64,000 nt of DNA. It comes from Candidatus Latescibacterota bacterium (lineage in GTDB: Bacteria > Latescibacterota > UBA2968 > GCA-2709665). Below are positions 1-9,754 of this stretch, piece by piece (positions within the stretch are counted from its first letter, which is position 1; each line of letters starts with the position of its first letter). The translations under genes were made by a program, and so were the position numbers. The stretch is taken from NCBI GenBank assembly GCA_965237675.1, contig OZ250150.1, positions 2,432,001 through 2,496,000 on the forward strand. The letters are read 5' to 3'. A model generated the notes under the pieces. The model ran no database searches, had not been told where the DNA came from, and worked only from the letters and a program-made list of their open reading frames with translations.

Positions 1-1
1 G

Positions 2-1408
2 AAAGCGCGAATGCCGTTCCGGTACGGGATCGCGACCCTCGTCGCCGTGCCCCATCTGTTCGTCCGGGTGACCGCGGAGATAGGCGGACGTGTGGAGGTC
101 GGGCTCGCGGCGGATGGGCTGCCGCCCAAGTGGTTTACCAAGAACCCGGAGGCGTCTTTCGAGGATGACCTGGAAGCAATGCTGGCGGTGATCTGTCAGG
201 CATGCCAACTGGCTCTCGCGGCGGACCCGGCGGAGACCGTGTTTGAATTCTGGCGGGGAATTTACAAGGGTCAGGAGGAATGGGCGGCATCCGGGGCGCA
301 CCCGCCATTGCTGTGGGCGTTCGGAGTGAGCATGGTGGAGCGGGCACTGATCGACGCGTTCTGCCGGGTACCCGGGACCACGTTCGAGCGTGCGTTGCGG
401 GAGAATGCGTTCGGCATCCGGCTGGGGGAGATTCACGGCGACCTGCGGGGCGTGGAGCCCGCGGCGATGCTGCCTCAAGGGGCACGCCGGTCAATCCAGG
501 CCCGCCACACGGTGGGGTTGACCGATCCCCTGACCGACGCGGACATCCCCGGGGACGAACGTGTGGACGACGGGCTGCCGCAATCCCTGGAGGCGAATCT
601 ACAGGCGTATGGACTGACCCATTTAAAGATCAAATTGTGCGGCGACGCGACGCAAGACCTGGACCGGTTGAAGCAGATTGCCGGATTGATGGCTCGGTAT
701 TCCGGTTCAGGTTACGCCTTTACGCTGGACGGAAACGAACAATACGGTGAAATCGAGCCTTTCCGTGCGGTCTGGGAGGCGGTTGTGGCGGATCCGTCGC
801 TGGATCGATTCATGGAGCGGCTGCTTTTTGTGGAGCAGCCGTTAAGGCGCGACGTTGCCCTTGGAAAGGCCGTGGGCACCGCGCTGCGGGAATGGACCGC
901 CCGCCCGCCGATGATTATCGATGAGTCCGACGGGACGCTGACCAGCGTGGCGGAGGCACTGGAGCGGGGATACGTGGGCACGAGCCACAAGAATTGCAAA
1001 GGCGTCTTCAAAGGGGTTGCCAGCGCCTGTCTCATCGCGCACCGGCGTCGAGAAGATCCGAACCGGGAGTATGTCCTCAGCAGCGAGGATCTGGGAAACG
1101 TGGGTCCCGTGGCCCTGCTTCAGGATCTGGCGGTGGCGGCCTGCCTGGGTGTTGGCCATACCGAGCGCAACGGCCACCACTATTTCGCCGGACTGAGCAT
1201 GTATCCCGAAGACGTTCAGCGGCGGGTCTTCGAACATCACGGCTCGCTTTACCGGCGGCACGAAGCCGGGTTTCCCACTCTGGACGTGAAGGAAGGACGG
1301 CTGGATATCGGCAGCGTGGTCGATGCGCCGTTCGGGTACGGGTTCGATCTGGATACCACGCGGTTTACGCCTCTGGAGGATTGGTCGCCAGCGTCGCTGG
1401 ACATCTGA
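2..1408 (+). CDS. Enolase-superfamily (mandelate racemase/MLE-like) uncharacterised enzyme, probably 5'-truncated by the window edge
   Basis: Frame is open from base 2 (KARMPFRYG; first ATG at 11). KxK motif HLKIKL, metal-ligand-like DGNE / EQP / IDES, and conserved KNCKG, EDL, ERNGHHY. Confidence 0.7.
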   Translation, partial: KARMPFRYGIATLVAVPHLFVRVTAEIGGRVEVGLAADGLPPKWFTKNPEASFEDDLEAMLAVICQACQLALAADPAETVFEFWRGIYKGQEEWAASGAHPPLLWAFGVSMVERALIDAFCRVPGTTFERALRENAFGIRLGEIHGDLRGVEPAAMLPQGARRSIQARHTVGLTDPLTDADIPGDERVDDGLPQSLEANLQAYGLTHLKIKLCGDATQDLDRLKQIAGLMARYSGSGYAFTLDGNEQYGEIEPFRAVWEAVVADPSLDRFMERLLFVEQPLRRDVALGKAVGTALREWTARPPMIIDESDGTLTSVAEALERGYVGTSHKNCKGVFKGVASACLIAHRRREDPNREYVLSSEDLGNVGPVALLQDLAVAACLGVGHTERNGHHYFAGLSMYPEDVQRRVFEHHGSLYRRHEAGFPTLDVKEGRLDIGSVVDAPFGYGFDLDTTRFTPLEDWSPASLDI

Positions 1409-1540
1409 GGATCCTCTTCCGGAGGGTGACGGGTGCGCGATCGGACTGCCACTAAAGCGGGCGATTCCGCGTCCGGTCGGGGTCCTTTCACGGTCCTTAA
1501 ACTGGAATGACGACGATTACCTGATCCCTGGGAGACAGGT

Positions 1541-2926
1541 TTGGGGCAGATCGACTGGAATGCGGTCCGGGAGGAAGTGACGGGATACCTTCAGGATCTG
1601 ATCCGGCTGGATACGACCAATCCGCCGGGAAACGAGATACTTGCGGCAAAGTACCTTGCCGGCGTATTGCGGAGCGAGGGTTTCGATCCCCAGGTAACCG
1701 AGTCGCAACCGGGGCGGGGTAATATTACGGCTCGGCTTACCGGTGGTGGCGAGCCGCTGATGCTGCTGGGGCATACGGACGTGGTGGCGGTTGAACCCGA
1801 CCAATGGCGACATCCGCCGTTCGGCGGACAGGTGCACGACGGATACGTCTGGGGACGCGGTGCGCTGGATATGAAAAATATGGTGGCGGCCGAGTTGATG
1901 GTGTTCCTGCTGCTGAAGCGGCAGGGGATCAAATTGAAGCGCGATGTGATTTTTGCGGCCACGGCGGATGAGGAGGCGGGAAAGGGAGGCCATGGCGTCG
2001 GTTGGCTGCTGGATAACCACCCGGAGCAGGTGGATGCGCCGTTTGTGCTGACGGAGGGCGGCGGCGCGGACTTTCGGGTGGGCGATTCCCGGTTCTATAC
2101 GTGCCAGACCGGGCAGAAGGGGATCTGCAGGTTTCGGATGTCGGCCGCTGGGCGGCCCGGACATGGTTCCAGGCCGCACCGGGAGAATGCCGTGGTGAGG
2201 CTGTCGGAGGCGGTCGCAGCCCTGGGAAGGGCCGTGTTGCCGATGCATCCCTCCACAACGGTCAGGGCGTTCCTGGACGGTATTGCTGACACTCAGGATT
2301 CCGGCACGGCGGACCTGCTGCGAAGCGTCCTGGATCCCTCGTGCAGTGAGTCGGCGCTCGAATCGCTGCCTGTGGCGGGTGAGATGGTGTCGAATCTGCG
2401 CGCGTTACTGCGTAATACGGCATCGGTGACCATGCTGGAGGCGGGACAGAAGATCAACGTGATCCCCGCTGAGGCCACGGCGTGGATAGACGGCAGGCTT
2501 GCGCCCGGGCAGACCGATACGAGCTTCTTCGAGGAGATCCGGTCGCTGATAGGAGACGATGTACGTATCGAGGTGGACCAGTACACTCCGCCGCTGGAGG
2601 CCGGGATCGACTCTCCGCTGTACCGGACCATTGTGGAGGTGATGGCGGATCACGACCCCGGTGCGCGAGTCGTGCCGTCGCTCTCCACCGGAGGAACGGA
2701 CGCCAAACACATCTGCCCGCGCCGCCCGGCGACAAAAGTGTACGGATTCATGCCGCACAGCGGAGCCCCTGGGGAAGAGGAGTGGCAATTGATCCACGGG
2801 CACAACGAGCGTACCTCGGTGGAGAATTTGGGGTTCGGCACGCGGGTGCTGTACGATATCGTGCATCGTTTCTGCGGTGATCGTTGCGGGCCCCGTATTG
2901 CCGGAAACGGACCGGGAGGATTCTGA
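1541..2926 (+). CDS. M20/M25/M40 family metallo-hydrolase (ArgE/DapE-like peptidase)
   Basis: GHTDVV, GRGALDMK, DEEAG, GGTD and HGHNER motifs; TTG start after GGAGA. Confidence 0.9.
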   Translation: MGQIDWNAVREEVTGYLQDLIRLDTTNPPGNEILAAKYLAGVLRSEGFDPQVTESQPGRGNITARLTGGGEPLMLLGHTDVVAVEPDQWRHPPFGGQVHDGYVWGRGALDMKNMVAAELMVFLLLKRQGIKLKRDVIFAATADEEAGKGGHGVGWLLDNHPEQVDAPFVLTEGGGADFRVGDSRFYTCQTGQKGICRFRMSAAGRPGHGSRPHRENAVVRLSEAVAALGRAVLPMHPSTTVRAFLDGIADTQDSGTADLLRSVLDPSCSESALESLPVAGEMVSNLRALLRNTASVTMLEAGQKINVIPAEATAWIDGRLAPGQTDTSFFEEIRSLIGDDVRIEVDQYTPPLEAGIDSPLYRTIVEVMADHDPGARVVPSLSTGGTDAKHICPRRPATKVYGFMPHSGAPGEEEWQLIHGHNERTSVENLGFGTRVLYDIVHRFCGDRCGPRIAGNGPGGF

Positions 2927-3900
2927 TGCGGGTTCTGGTAACGGACTATGTGTGGGCCGACCTCTCTGTGGAGCAGAGCGTCCTGGACGACATTGGCGTC
3001 CAGCTTGTGGCCGCGCCGGATGGAGAAGAAGAGACGCTTGCGCGGTTGGCCGTGGGCGCGTCTGGCATCATGACGTGCTGGGCACAGACCACGAGACGGG
3101 TCATTCAGGCCGCGCTGCCGGATTTGAAGGTGGTGACCCGTTATGGGGTGGGGCTGGACAATATAGACGTCGCCTATGCAACCGCGCAGAAGATCCCGGT
3201 GGCATACGTGCCGGATTATTGTATGGTGGATGTGGCGGAGCACGCCCTGGCGCTGTTGCTGGCGCTTTCCCGTAAGGTGGCGAGTTTCGACCGCACCGTT
3301 CGCGGGCATGTATGGGATATCCAGGCCTGCCAGCCGCTGAACCGCCTGACCGGGCGGACCCTGGGGCTGATCGGATTTGGTCGCATCGCCCGGGAGGTCG
3401 CGAAACGCGCGGCGGCATTCGGGCTTCGCGTGGTGGCTGCCGCCCCGTCGCTGACGCCGGGGACCGCGGCGGCCTCCGGCGTCGAGGCCGTGACGCTGGA
3501 CGTGTTGTTGGAGACGGCGGATTTTGTTTCGATCCATTGTCCCTCCACGGACCGGACACAGGGTCTGATCGACGCGGACGCTTTGCGACAGATGAAACCC
3601 ACGTCATGTCTGATCAATACCGCGCGAGGCGACATTTTGGATGAGGCCGCACTGGCCGATGCGCTGGAAGCCGGCGAGATCGCCGGGGCGGCCCTGGATG
3701 TGCGGGAAAAGGAGCCGCCGGGTCCGGGCGACCGGCTGATCGGGATGCCGCAGGTGATCCATACGCCCCATGCGGCGTTTTATTCGGCGGAATCCCTGAT
3801 CGAACTGAGGGAACGCGCGGCCATGGAGACCCGGAGGGTCCTGCTGGGACAAGATCCGGAGAACCTGGTGAATCCGGAATACAGGGGCGCCGGAGGCTGA
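2926..3900 (+). CDS. D-isomer-specific 2-hydroxyacid dehydrogenase (SerA/CtBP-like)
   Basis: RYGVGLDNID, GLIGFGRIA, INTARG, ALDV, TPHAAF. ATG at 2926 overlaps the upstream TGA (TGATG) and has a GGAGGA RBS. Confidence 0.92.
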   Translation: MRVLVTDYVWADLSVEQSVLDDIGVQLVAAPDGEEETLARLAVGASGIMTCWAQTTRRVIQAALPDLKVVTRYGVGLDNIDVAYATAQKIPVAYVPDYCMVDVAEHALALLLALSRKVASFDRTVRGHVWDIQACQPLNRLTGRTLGLIGFGRIAREVAKRAAAFGLRVVAAAPSLTPGTAAASGVEAVTLDVLLETADFVSIHCPSTDRTQGLIDADALRQMKPTSCLINTARGDILDEAALADALEAGEIAGAALDVREKEPPGPGDRLIGMPQVIHTPHAAFYSAESLIELRERAAMETRRVLLGQDPENLVNPEYRGAGG

Positions 3901-4006
3901 TGTCAATACGTATGCGTAGGCCGTTCGCGGCGCGGGTCTGGAAAGATCACGTCGCGGATGTGGCTCAAGACGTGGTTCGATTCCCGATCTTTGGAGAGGT
4001 GTCCTG

Positions 4007-5374
4007 ATGTCGGACAAGCCCAACGTTCTGGTACTGATGTGCGATCAACTCAGGAGGCAGGCGCTGTCGATTCACGGCGACCCGAACTTGCAGACGCCCC
4101 ATATCGACGCGTTGGCAACAAGGGGGGTCAGATTTTCAAACGCCTGTTCAACCTATCCGATTTGCGTACCGTTCCGTTTTACGTTCATGACAGGGGAGTA
4201 TGCGCACAGCCGGAAGGTGCCGGGTATCGAATACCGGATGTCGCCCTCGGAATACACGCTGGCCGACGCGTTCAACGAAGCAGGGTACGAGACGGTCTAC
4301 GTGGGAAAGTGGCACCTGGACGGCGGTCATGGGAGAATGGGTTCCGCGCTTGAATGCGGACGTACACCGGTGCCCCGGACCTACCAGGGCCGCTGGGAAA
4401 AGTGGTTCGGATTTGAACTCAGGAACGCGCCGTTCGACACGTATTATTTCGAGGATGACGATCCGGCGCCCAGGCCCATTCACGGATATCAGACCGACGG
4501 GCTTTACGATATTGCAATGGAATACCTTGCCCGGGAGCGGGATCCGACAAGACCGTTTTGTATGGTGATTTCGGTGGAGCCGCCCCACGATCCGTTCGAA
4601 GCCCCCGCGGATCTGCAGTCGGCCTGGGAAGCCAGGGAAATTGAGCTGCCTCCCAATTTCGAGACCCCGGATGACGCGCGGCGCGAGGCATTGGTGCTGG
4701 ATCGCAAGCATTATTACGCAATGGTGGAGAATCTGGACGCCAACGTGAAACGGATGACGGATTTTCTGGCGGCGCAGGGGCTGGTGGAGAATACGGTGGT
4801 GATGTTCGTGTCGGATCACGGTGAACTGGGCGGCAGCCACGGTCTGCGCGGGAAACAGTGGCCGTACGAGGAGTCCGTTGGCATTCCGGTATTCGTCTAC
4901 GATCCCCGGTGTCCAGGCCGCGCGGGTGCGGTGATCGAGGATCCGATCTGCACGGAAGATTTCTTCCCCACACTGCTGGGCCTTGCGGGGCTGTCGCCCG
5001 GAGCGCATCTGATGGGTACGGATCTGTCGCCGTTGATCCATGGAAACGTTGACTCGCTGGATCGCGAAGGTGTTATGCTCGAGTTCGTGGCGGAACTTCG
5101 CAAGGGGATGGCATTCAACAAGTGGGTATGGCGCGCATTCCGCAGCCGGCGTTACAAGTATACCGTTCGGGGCGATAAAATGGGTGCTGCCGCATGGCAG
5201 TTTTTCGATCTGGAAGCCGATCTCTGTGAACAGCGGAATCTGATCGATAACCCCGGCTTCCAGGACGAGATCGCACGGCACCACCGGCTGCTCAGAGAAC
5301 GCCTGATTGAGACCGGCGACCATTTTGTGCTGTTGCCGGCCTTCGGTTGCGAGGGCGTGAACGTGTGGCGATAG
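4007..5374 (+). CDS. Formylglycine-dependent sulfatase (S1)
   Basis: PNVLVLMCDQ, CxPxR signature (CVPFR), GKWHL, PPHDP, SDHG; no signal peptide. Confidence 0.93.
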   Translation: MSDKPNVLVLMCDQLRRQALSIHGDPNLQTPHIDALATRGVRFSNACSTYPICVPFRFTFMTGEYAHSRKVPGIEYRMSPSEYTLADAFNEAGYETVYVGKWHLDGGHGRMGSALECGRTPVPRTYQGRWEKWFGFELRNAPFDTYYFEDDDPAPRPIHGYQTDGLYDIAMEYLARERDPTRPFCMVISVEPPHDPFEAPADLQSAWEAREIELPPNFETPDDARREALVLDRKHYYAMVENLDANVKRMTDFLAAQGLVENTVVMFVSDHGELGGSHGLRGKQWPYEESVGIPVFVYDPRCPGRAGAVIEDPICTEDFFPTLLGLAGLSPGAHLMGTDLSPLIHGNVDSLDREGVMLEFVAELRKGMAFNKWVWRAFRSRRYKYTVRGDKMGAAAWQFFDLEADLCEQRNLIDNPGFQDEIARHHRLLRERLIETGDHFVLLPAFGCEGVNVWR

Positions 5375-5438
5375 GCACGCACGAAACGGCATACGCGGCA
5401 AACGGACTGCGGATTCCCGATTTGTCCGGTTCGATGAA

Positions 5439-6479
5439 TTATTCGGCCTGGAACCAAGCGCCGAAGGTGGGTTCGTAGGGGGATCGGGCCACGCCCCTCT
5501 CCGTGATGATGGCCGTGACCAGTCGTTGGGGCGTGACGTCGAAGGCGGGGTTGTATACGTTCACGCCTCCAGGGGCGATCTGCCTGCCCATGCCGTGTGT
5601 GATTTCTTCCGGATGGCGTTCTTCGATAGGAATCTGCTCCCCTCCCGAGAGAGACATATCGATGGTGGACAGCGGGGCGGCGACATAGAAGGGGACGTCG
5701 TGTTCCCGCGCCAGAATGGCCAGGCCGTAGGTGCCGATTTTGTTGGCCACGTCGCCGTTGGCGGCAATGCGGTCTGCGCCGACGATCACGCTGTCGATGT
5801 TTTTCTGACGCAGTACGGGGGCGGCCATACTGTCGCAGATCACCGTGACGTCGACACCGCTCTGCTGGAGTTCCCACGCCGTCAGCCGCGACCCCTGCAG
5901 GAGCGGGCGGGTTTCATCGGCAAAGACGGCGACCTGTTTGCCGGCTTCGACGGCGGCATATATCACTGCCAGAGCCGTGCCGTAATCTGCAGTGGCAAGG
6001 CCGCCCGCGTTGCAATGGGTGAGTACGGTGGCGTTATTGTCGACCAGTTCGGCTCCGTTCTTCCCGATTTGCCGGCAGACTTTCCGGTCTTCCTCAAATA
6101 TTTCGTGCGCTTCCCGGAGCAGCCGGTCTCTGATTTCGCGGGGATTCCGACGGGCGATTTCGTCGAGCCGCCTGCCCATCCGCTCCAGCGCCCAGAAGAG
6201 GTTCACGGCCGTGGGCCGGGTGCGAGATAGTCTCTTAATGGCCTTCCTCGCCCCTGAAACGATTTCGGCTCCGGAGGCGAGCGCTTCCAGGGCGCCGATG
6301 ACGACGCCGTACGCCGCGGCCACGCCAATTGCCGGGGCGCCGCGGACCCGAAGGCTCTCAATGGCTTCGGCAACGGTTTCCACGTCCCCGCAGTCGATCC
6401 GAACATACCGTTCAGGAAGAAAGGTCTGATCGATCAGCCGCAGGGAGTTGTTTTCCCAGGTGATGGTTGGAACAGGCAT
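5439..6479 (-). CDS. mtnA: S-methyl-5-thioribose-1-phosphate isomerase
   Basis: VRGAPAIG, RPTAVNL, THCNAGGLAT, DETRPLLQGSRLT, ANKIGTY, NPAFDVTP. Confidence 0.96.
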   Translation of the reverse strand: MPVPTITWENNSLRLIDQTFLPERYVRIDCGDVETVAEAIESLRVRGAPAIGVAAAYGVVIGALEALASGAEIVSGARKAIKRLSRTRPTAVNLFWALERMGRRLDEIARRNPREIRDRLLREAHEIFEEDRKVCRQIGKNGAELVDNNATVLTHCNAGGLATADYGTALAVIYAAVEAGKQVAVFADETRPLLQGSRLTAWELQQSGVDVTVICDSMAAPVLRQKNIDSVIVGADRIAANGDVANKIGTYGLAILAREHDVPFYVAAPLSTIDMSLSGGEQIPIEERHPEEITHGMGRQIAPGGVNVYNPAFDVTPQRLVTAIITERGVARSPYEPTFGAWFQAE

Positions 6480-6513
6480 TGGTGGAGATCGGTCCGGTAC
6501 ATCCGGTGTTTAA

Positions 6514-6723
6514 GAAGCTGTTTTAAGAACCCCGGTGTGTTCCCGAGCGCGAGCGAAAAAGTTCGGTTATGAGGCGCGAGGGGCGCGCAGCGCCGGCGGG
6601 CGAATGCACCTATGAGAGGCGAGGGGCGCGCAGCCTCGACTAAAGATACGGGTGGATTTGACCAACGCAGACCGACGCTTTTGCAGCCGCGCGAAGACCG
6701 CTGGGGGTTTTAAAGACAGCTTC
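6514..6723. mobile_element. MITE (210 bp), IS5/PIF-like ends
   Basis: Terminal inverted repeats GAAGCTGTTTTAAGAACCCC and reverse complement GAAGCTGTCTTTAAAACCCC. TAA direct repeats flank it (6511-6513, 6724-6726). Internal 16-bp direct repeat GCGAGGGGCGCGCAGC at 6576 and 6619. No ORF. Confidence 0.8.
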
Positions 6724-7166
6724 TAAAGATGATCCGCACGGCCTTCAAGGGAGGATGTTTCGGTGAGCGAGGGATCGTCTTCGATCCGTTCGGACGGGGC
6801 ATCTCCCCATAAGCGCTCGAGGCGGTAAAACGCCCGTGCTTTGGGCTGGAAGATGTGTACGATGACGTCGATAAAGTCGAACAGAACCCAGATCCGTGAT
6901 TCCTGGCCCTCGATATGCCACGGCCGGTACCCCGCCGCCTTCGCTCCTTCTTGCAGCGCGTCTGTGAGGGCTTTGACGTGTACGGCCGAATTTCCCGTAC
7001 AGATGAGAAAGTAGTCCGTAACGTCGGAGAGCGTGCGCAGATCGATTAAAAGAAGGTCTTCGCCCTTTCGGGACTGAAGGCACTCGATGGAGTGATCCAG
7101 TATCTCGCGTATCTGATTGGACAAGACGATTCCATTCCGTGCGGAGATTGAACGGCTCACCTTCAT
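6723..7166 (-). CDS. rsfS: Ribosome silencing factor (Iojap); true start may be the TTG near 7124
   Basis: DYFLICTGNS.VHVKAL, WVLFDFIDVIVHIF, FYRLERLWGDAP. Confidence 0.92.
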   Translation of the reverse strand: MKVSRSISARNGIVLSNQIREILDHSIECLQSRKGEDLLLIDLRTLSDVTDYFLICTGNSAVHVKALTDALQEGAKAAGYRPWHIEGQESRIWVLFDFIDVIVHIFQPKARAFYRLERLWGDAPSERIEDDPSLTETSSLEGRADHL

Positions 7167-7189
7167 CGCGTGTGCTGCGTCTGCCGCCT

Positions 7190-7720
7190 CTATCGCCGTG
7201 GATCGCGAGAGAAGACACCCAGCCGGTCATAGTCCCTGCCTACAATGACCGCGACCTGTTCGATGCGAAAGGGGTCCTGGGCGATCTGCTGAATATGCGT
7301 CCTGAGACCCATTGCGCTGGCTACCCTGCGGGCGTTTTCAAAGTTGCCCGTCCGGTCGATGACGATGGTTTCGGGATAGTTGAAGCTATCGGCGTTCTTC
7401 CACGTCATCACGTCGAAACCCGCTCCTCGAAGACGACGCCCCACTTTTTCCGCGACACCGGCAACGCCGCAGCCGTTGAGTACCTCGATGCGGATTACCT
7501 TGAACGAATCCGGCTTTGGTCCTGCTAGCGGTTCCGGCTTCGTTTCGGCGGAAAGTTCAGGCTTCACCCTGGCACGAGGTTCCGGCTTCGTTTCGGCGAG
7601 AGGTTGCGATTTCGTTTCGGCGGGAGGCGTTTTCGAAGGCAGCCGTCGCCGGATGTCGAGGACGGCGACCGCTGCAAAGGTCAACGCCGCCAGCGTAAGC
7701 AACCAGATTTTTCGTGACAT
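7190..7720 (-). CDS. LytR C-terminal domain membrane-anchored protein
   Basis: N-terminal TM segment, Pro/Glu/Lys linker, IEVLNGCGVAGVA...VIVGRDY. Confidence 0.85.
   Translation of the reverse strand: MSRKIWLLTLAALTFAAVAVLDIRRRLPSKTPPAETKSQPLAETKPEPRARVKPELSAETKPEPLAGPKPDSFKVIRIEVLNGCGVAGVAEKVGRRLRGAGFDVMTWKNADSFNYPETIVIDRTGNFENARRVASAMGLRTHIQQIAQDPFRIEQVAVIVGRDYDRLGVFSRDPRR
7505..7624 (-). repeat. About five 24-bp (8-aa) tandem repeats in the LytR_C linker
   Basis: AETKSQPL-AETKPEPR-ARVKPELS-AETKPEPL-AGPKPDS; GGTTCCGGCTTCGTTTCGGCG occurs twice, 48 bp apart. Confidence 0.8.
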
Positions 7721-7805
7721 CCCCTATGCCCGAAAAACGGAACGGGACATGGCCCGGACCGGCCGGACGCATGTCCCGTATGAAGGAGTGACCCGAAGAC
7801 GAATC

Positions 7806-8282
7806 TTAATACCGATATCTGCCTCTGGATCGATAATAGGGGGAATTGCTGATCTGAATTTCGATCTGGATGTTCTCCCTGGGCTGGTAGAACATGCCGA
7901 CGTATGGAATCACAAGCTTCGTGTTGTTGCCCAGAGAAGATCCGAAGGCGGAGTTGCCCCGAAGAACGTGCTCGAGGCCGACCTGCGCCTCGAACAACAA
8001 GGGGGTTTTCGAATTCGCACGGTAGCTGATGGTATTCAGGTAATATTGACTTGCGCCGCCGAAGGTGCCGGAACGGAAGTTGAACCCGACCGTGTTCTTG
8101 AACGTGAGCCGGTCGGATGCGAACAGACTCTTGAATTTCTCGCCCAACCCGAAGGGTTTGGGGGTTAAGTCGACCGTATTCAGGGCGGACAGGTTTGTCG
8201 GCTGAGGTTGGAGCCGCACTTCCGCCGAAGCCACGGAGACCGTCAGAAAGAAGACCGTCAGCGCACCGGTGAGAATTCTCAT
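7806..8282 (-). CDS. Hypothetical secreted, beta-strand-rich protein
   Basis: AGGAGG RBS, signal peptide ending VASA, alternating hydrophobic strands. Confidence 0.75.
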   Translation of the reverse strand: MRILTGALTVFFLTVSVASAEVRLQPQPTNLSALNTVDLTPKPFGLGEKFKSLFASDRLTFKNTVGFNFRSGTFGGASQYYLNTISYRANSKTPLLFEAQVGLEHVLRGNSAFGSSLGNNTKLVIPYVGMFYQPRENIQIEIQISNSPYYRSRGRYRY

Positions 8283-8335
8283 TCGCTCATCCTCCTGTTA
8301 TTCCCAGCCTGAATCGTATCCGTTGACCGCAACAA

Positions 8336-8364
8336 AGAATACGACAATTATATTTGCTTGTCAA
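8336..8364 (-). promoter_or_regulatory. Sigma70-type promoter for the hypothetical-LytR_C-rsfS genes
   Basis: Minus strand TTGACA-N17-TATTCT. Confidence 0.65.
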
Positions 8365-8549
8365 GGGCTTTAGGCGTCAACAAGGATATTACAATCGTTG
8401 GACGTTTGAGGGGTGAAAATCGTTCCACAATCCATTCGCTGGCGTTTCCGGGCCGGTGAACAGCCCCGTTCCTCGCTTGCCGATTACCCTTGAATGTGCC
8501 CCGCATCGTACCTCGCGCTCACGGACCTCATCGTACCGGGGCGGAGCGT

Positions 8550-9671
8550 CTACGCTTTTTCCATCAGTTCGGCGAACCGGTCGAAGAGGTATTCCGCATC
8601 GTGCGGCCCGGCCGACGCTTCAGGGTGGTACTGTACGCAGAAAATTGGCAGGTGTTTGTGCCGCAGCCCTTCCAGGGTGTTGTCGTTCAGGTTGATGTGG
8701 GTGATTTCCACCTCGCCGTGATCCAGCGAATCCGCGTCCACGGCGAAGCCGTGGTTCTGAGATGTAATTTCCACCTTGCCTGTATCCAATTCTCTGACAG
8801 GCTGGTTGGCGCCGCGGTGACCGAATTTCAACTTGTACGTCCGACCCCCCAGGGCCAGACCCAGAAGCTGATGTCCAAGGCAGATGCCGAAGGTGGGTTT
8901 GACGTGCATGAGTTCCCGAATGTTCTCCACCGCATGGGTGAGCGGCTCCGGATCGCCGGGCCCGTTGGACAGGAAGATTCCGTCCGGATCGATTTCGAGC
9001 AGTTGCCCGGCCGGGGCGTCCGCCGGAAAAACAGTGACGTCGCAGCCACGGCTGACGAGGCACCTGAGGATGTTTCGTTTGACGCCGAAATCGTAGACGG
9101 CCACCCGGAACCGGGCGTTATCCCGGAGCGTATCCGCGCTCCCGTTCACATAGTTGAAAAGGCCTTCGGTCCAGCGGTAGGGTTCGCTGCAACTGGCCGC
9201 GCGGGCGAGGTCCCGTCCCACCATACCGGGAGACGTCCGGGCCTTCTCGACCAGGCTGTCCCGGTCCGGGTCCATGGTGGAGAGGACGCTCTTCATGGCG
9301 CCTTCGGTTCGGATGCGCCGCGTGAGCGCCCGGGTGTCGATGCCCTGTATGCCCAGGATGTCGTGGCGTTTCAGGTAATTGCCCAGGGATTCGCACGAAC
9401 GCCAGTTGCTGGGCAGTTCGCAGTATTCCCTGACGACGAATCCTTCCACCTGCGGCCGCCCGGACTCGACGTCGTTCGGATTGACGCCGTAGTTTCCGAT
9501 GAGCGGGTAGGTCATCGCGACGATTTGACCCTTGTAGGAGGGATCGGTGAGAATCTCCTGATAGCCGGTGATGCTGGTGTTGAAGACGACCTCCCCCTCG
9601 CATTCACCGGACGCACCGAAGGACTCTCCCTCGAAGCAGGTGCCGTCTTCCAGGGCAAGAATGGCTTTCAT
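8550..9671 (-). CDS. carA: Carbamoyl-phosphate synthase small subunit
   Basis: [45 protein letters not shown]. Confidence 0.98.
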   Translation of the reverse strand: MKAILALEDGTCFEGESFGASGECEGEVVFNTSITGYQEILTDPSYKGQIVAMTYPLIGNYGVNPNDVESGRPQVEGFVVREYCELPSNWRSCESLGNYLKRHDILGIQGIDTRALTRRIRTEGAMKSVLSTMDPDRDSLVEKARTSPGMVGRDLARAASCSEPYRWTEGLFNYVNGSADTLRDNARFRVAVYDFGVKRNILRCLVSRGCDVTVFPADAPAGQLLEIDPDGIFLSNGPGDPEPLTHAVENIRELMHVKPTFGICLGHQLLGLALGGRTYKLKFGHRGANQPVRELDTGKVEITSQNHGFAVDADSLDHGEVEITHINLNDNTLEGLRHKHLPIFCVQYHPEASAGPHDAEYLFDRFAELMEKA

Positions 9672-9754
9672 GGATGGGGGTCACTCCTCAGGTGGGTTGG
9701 TAGGCACGTTAATTTGAAGGTCGCGGGTGCTGCGTCCCGCGTATGTTGTGCGCG

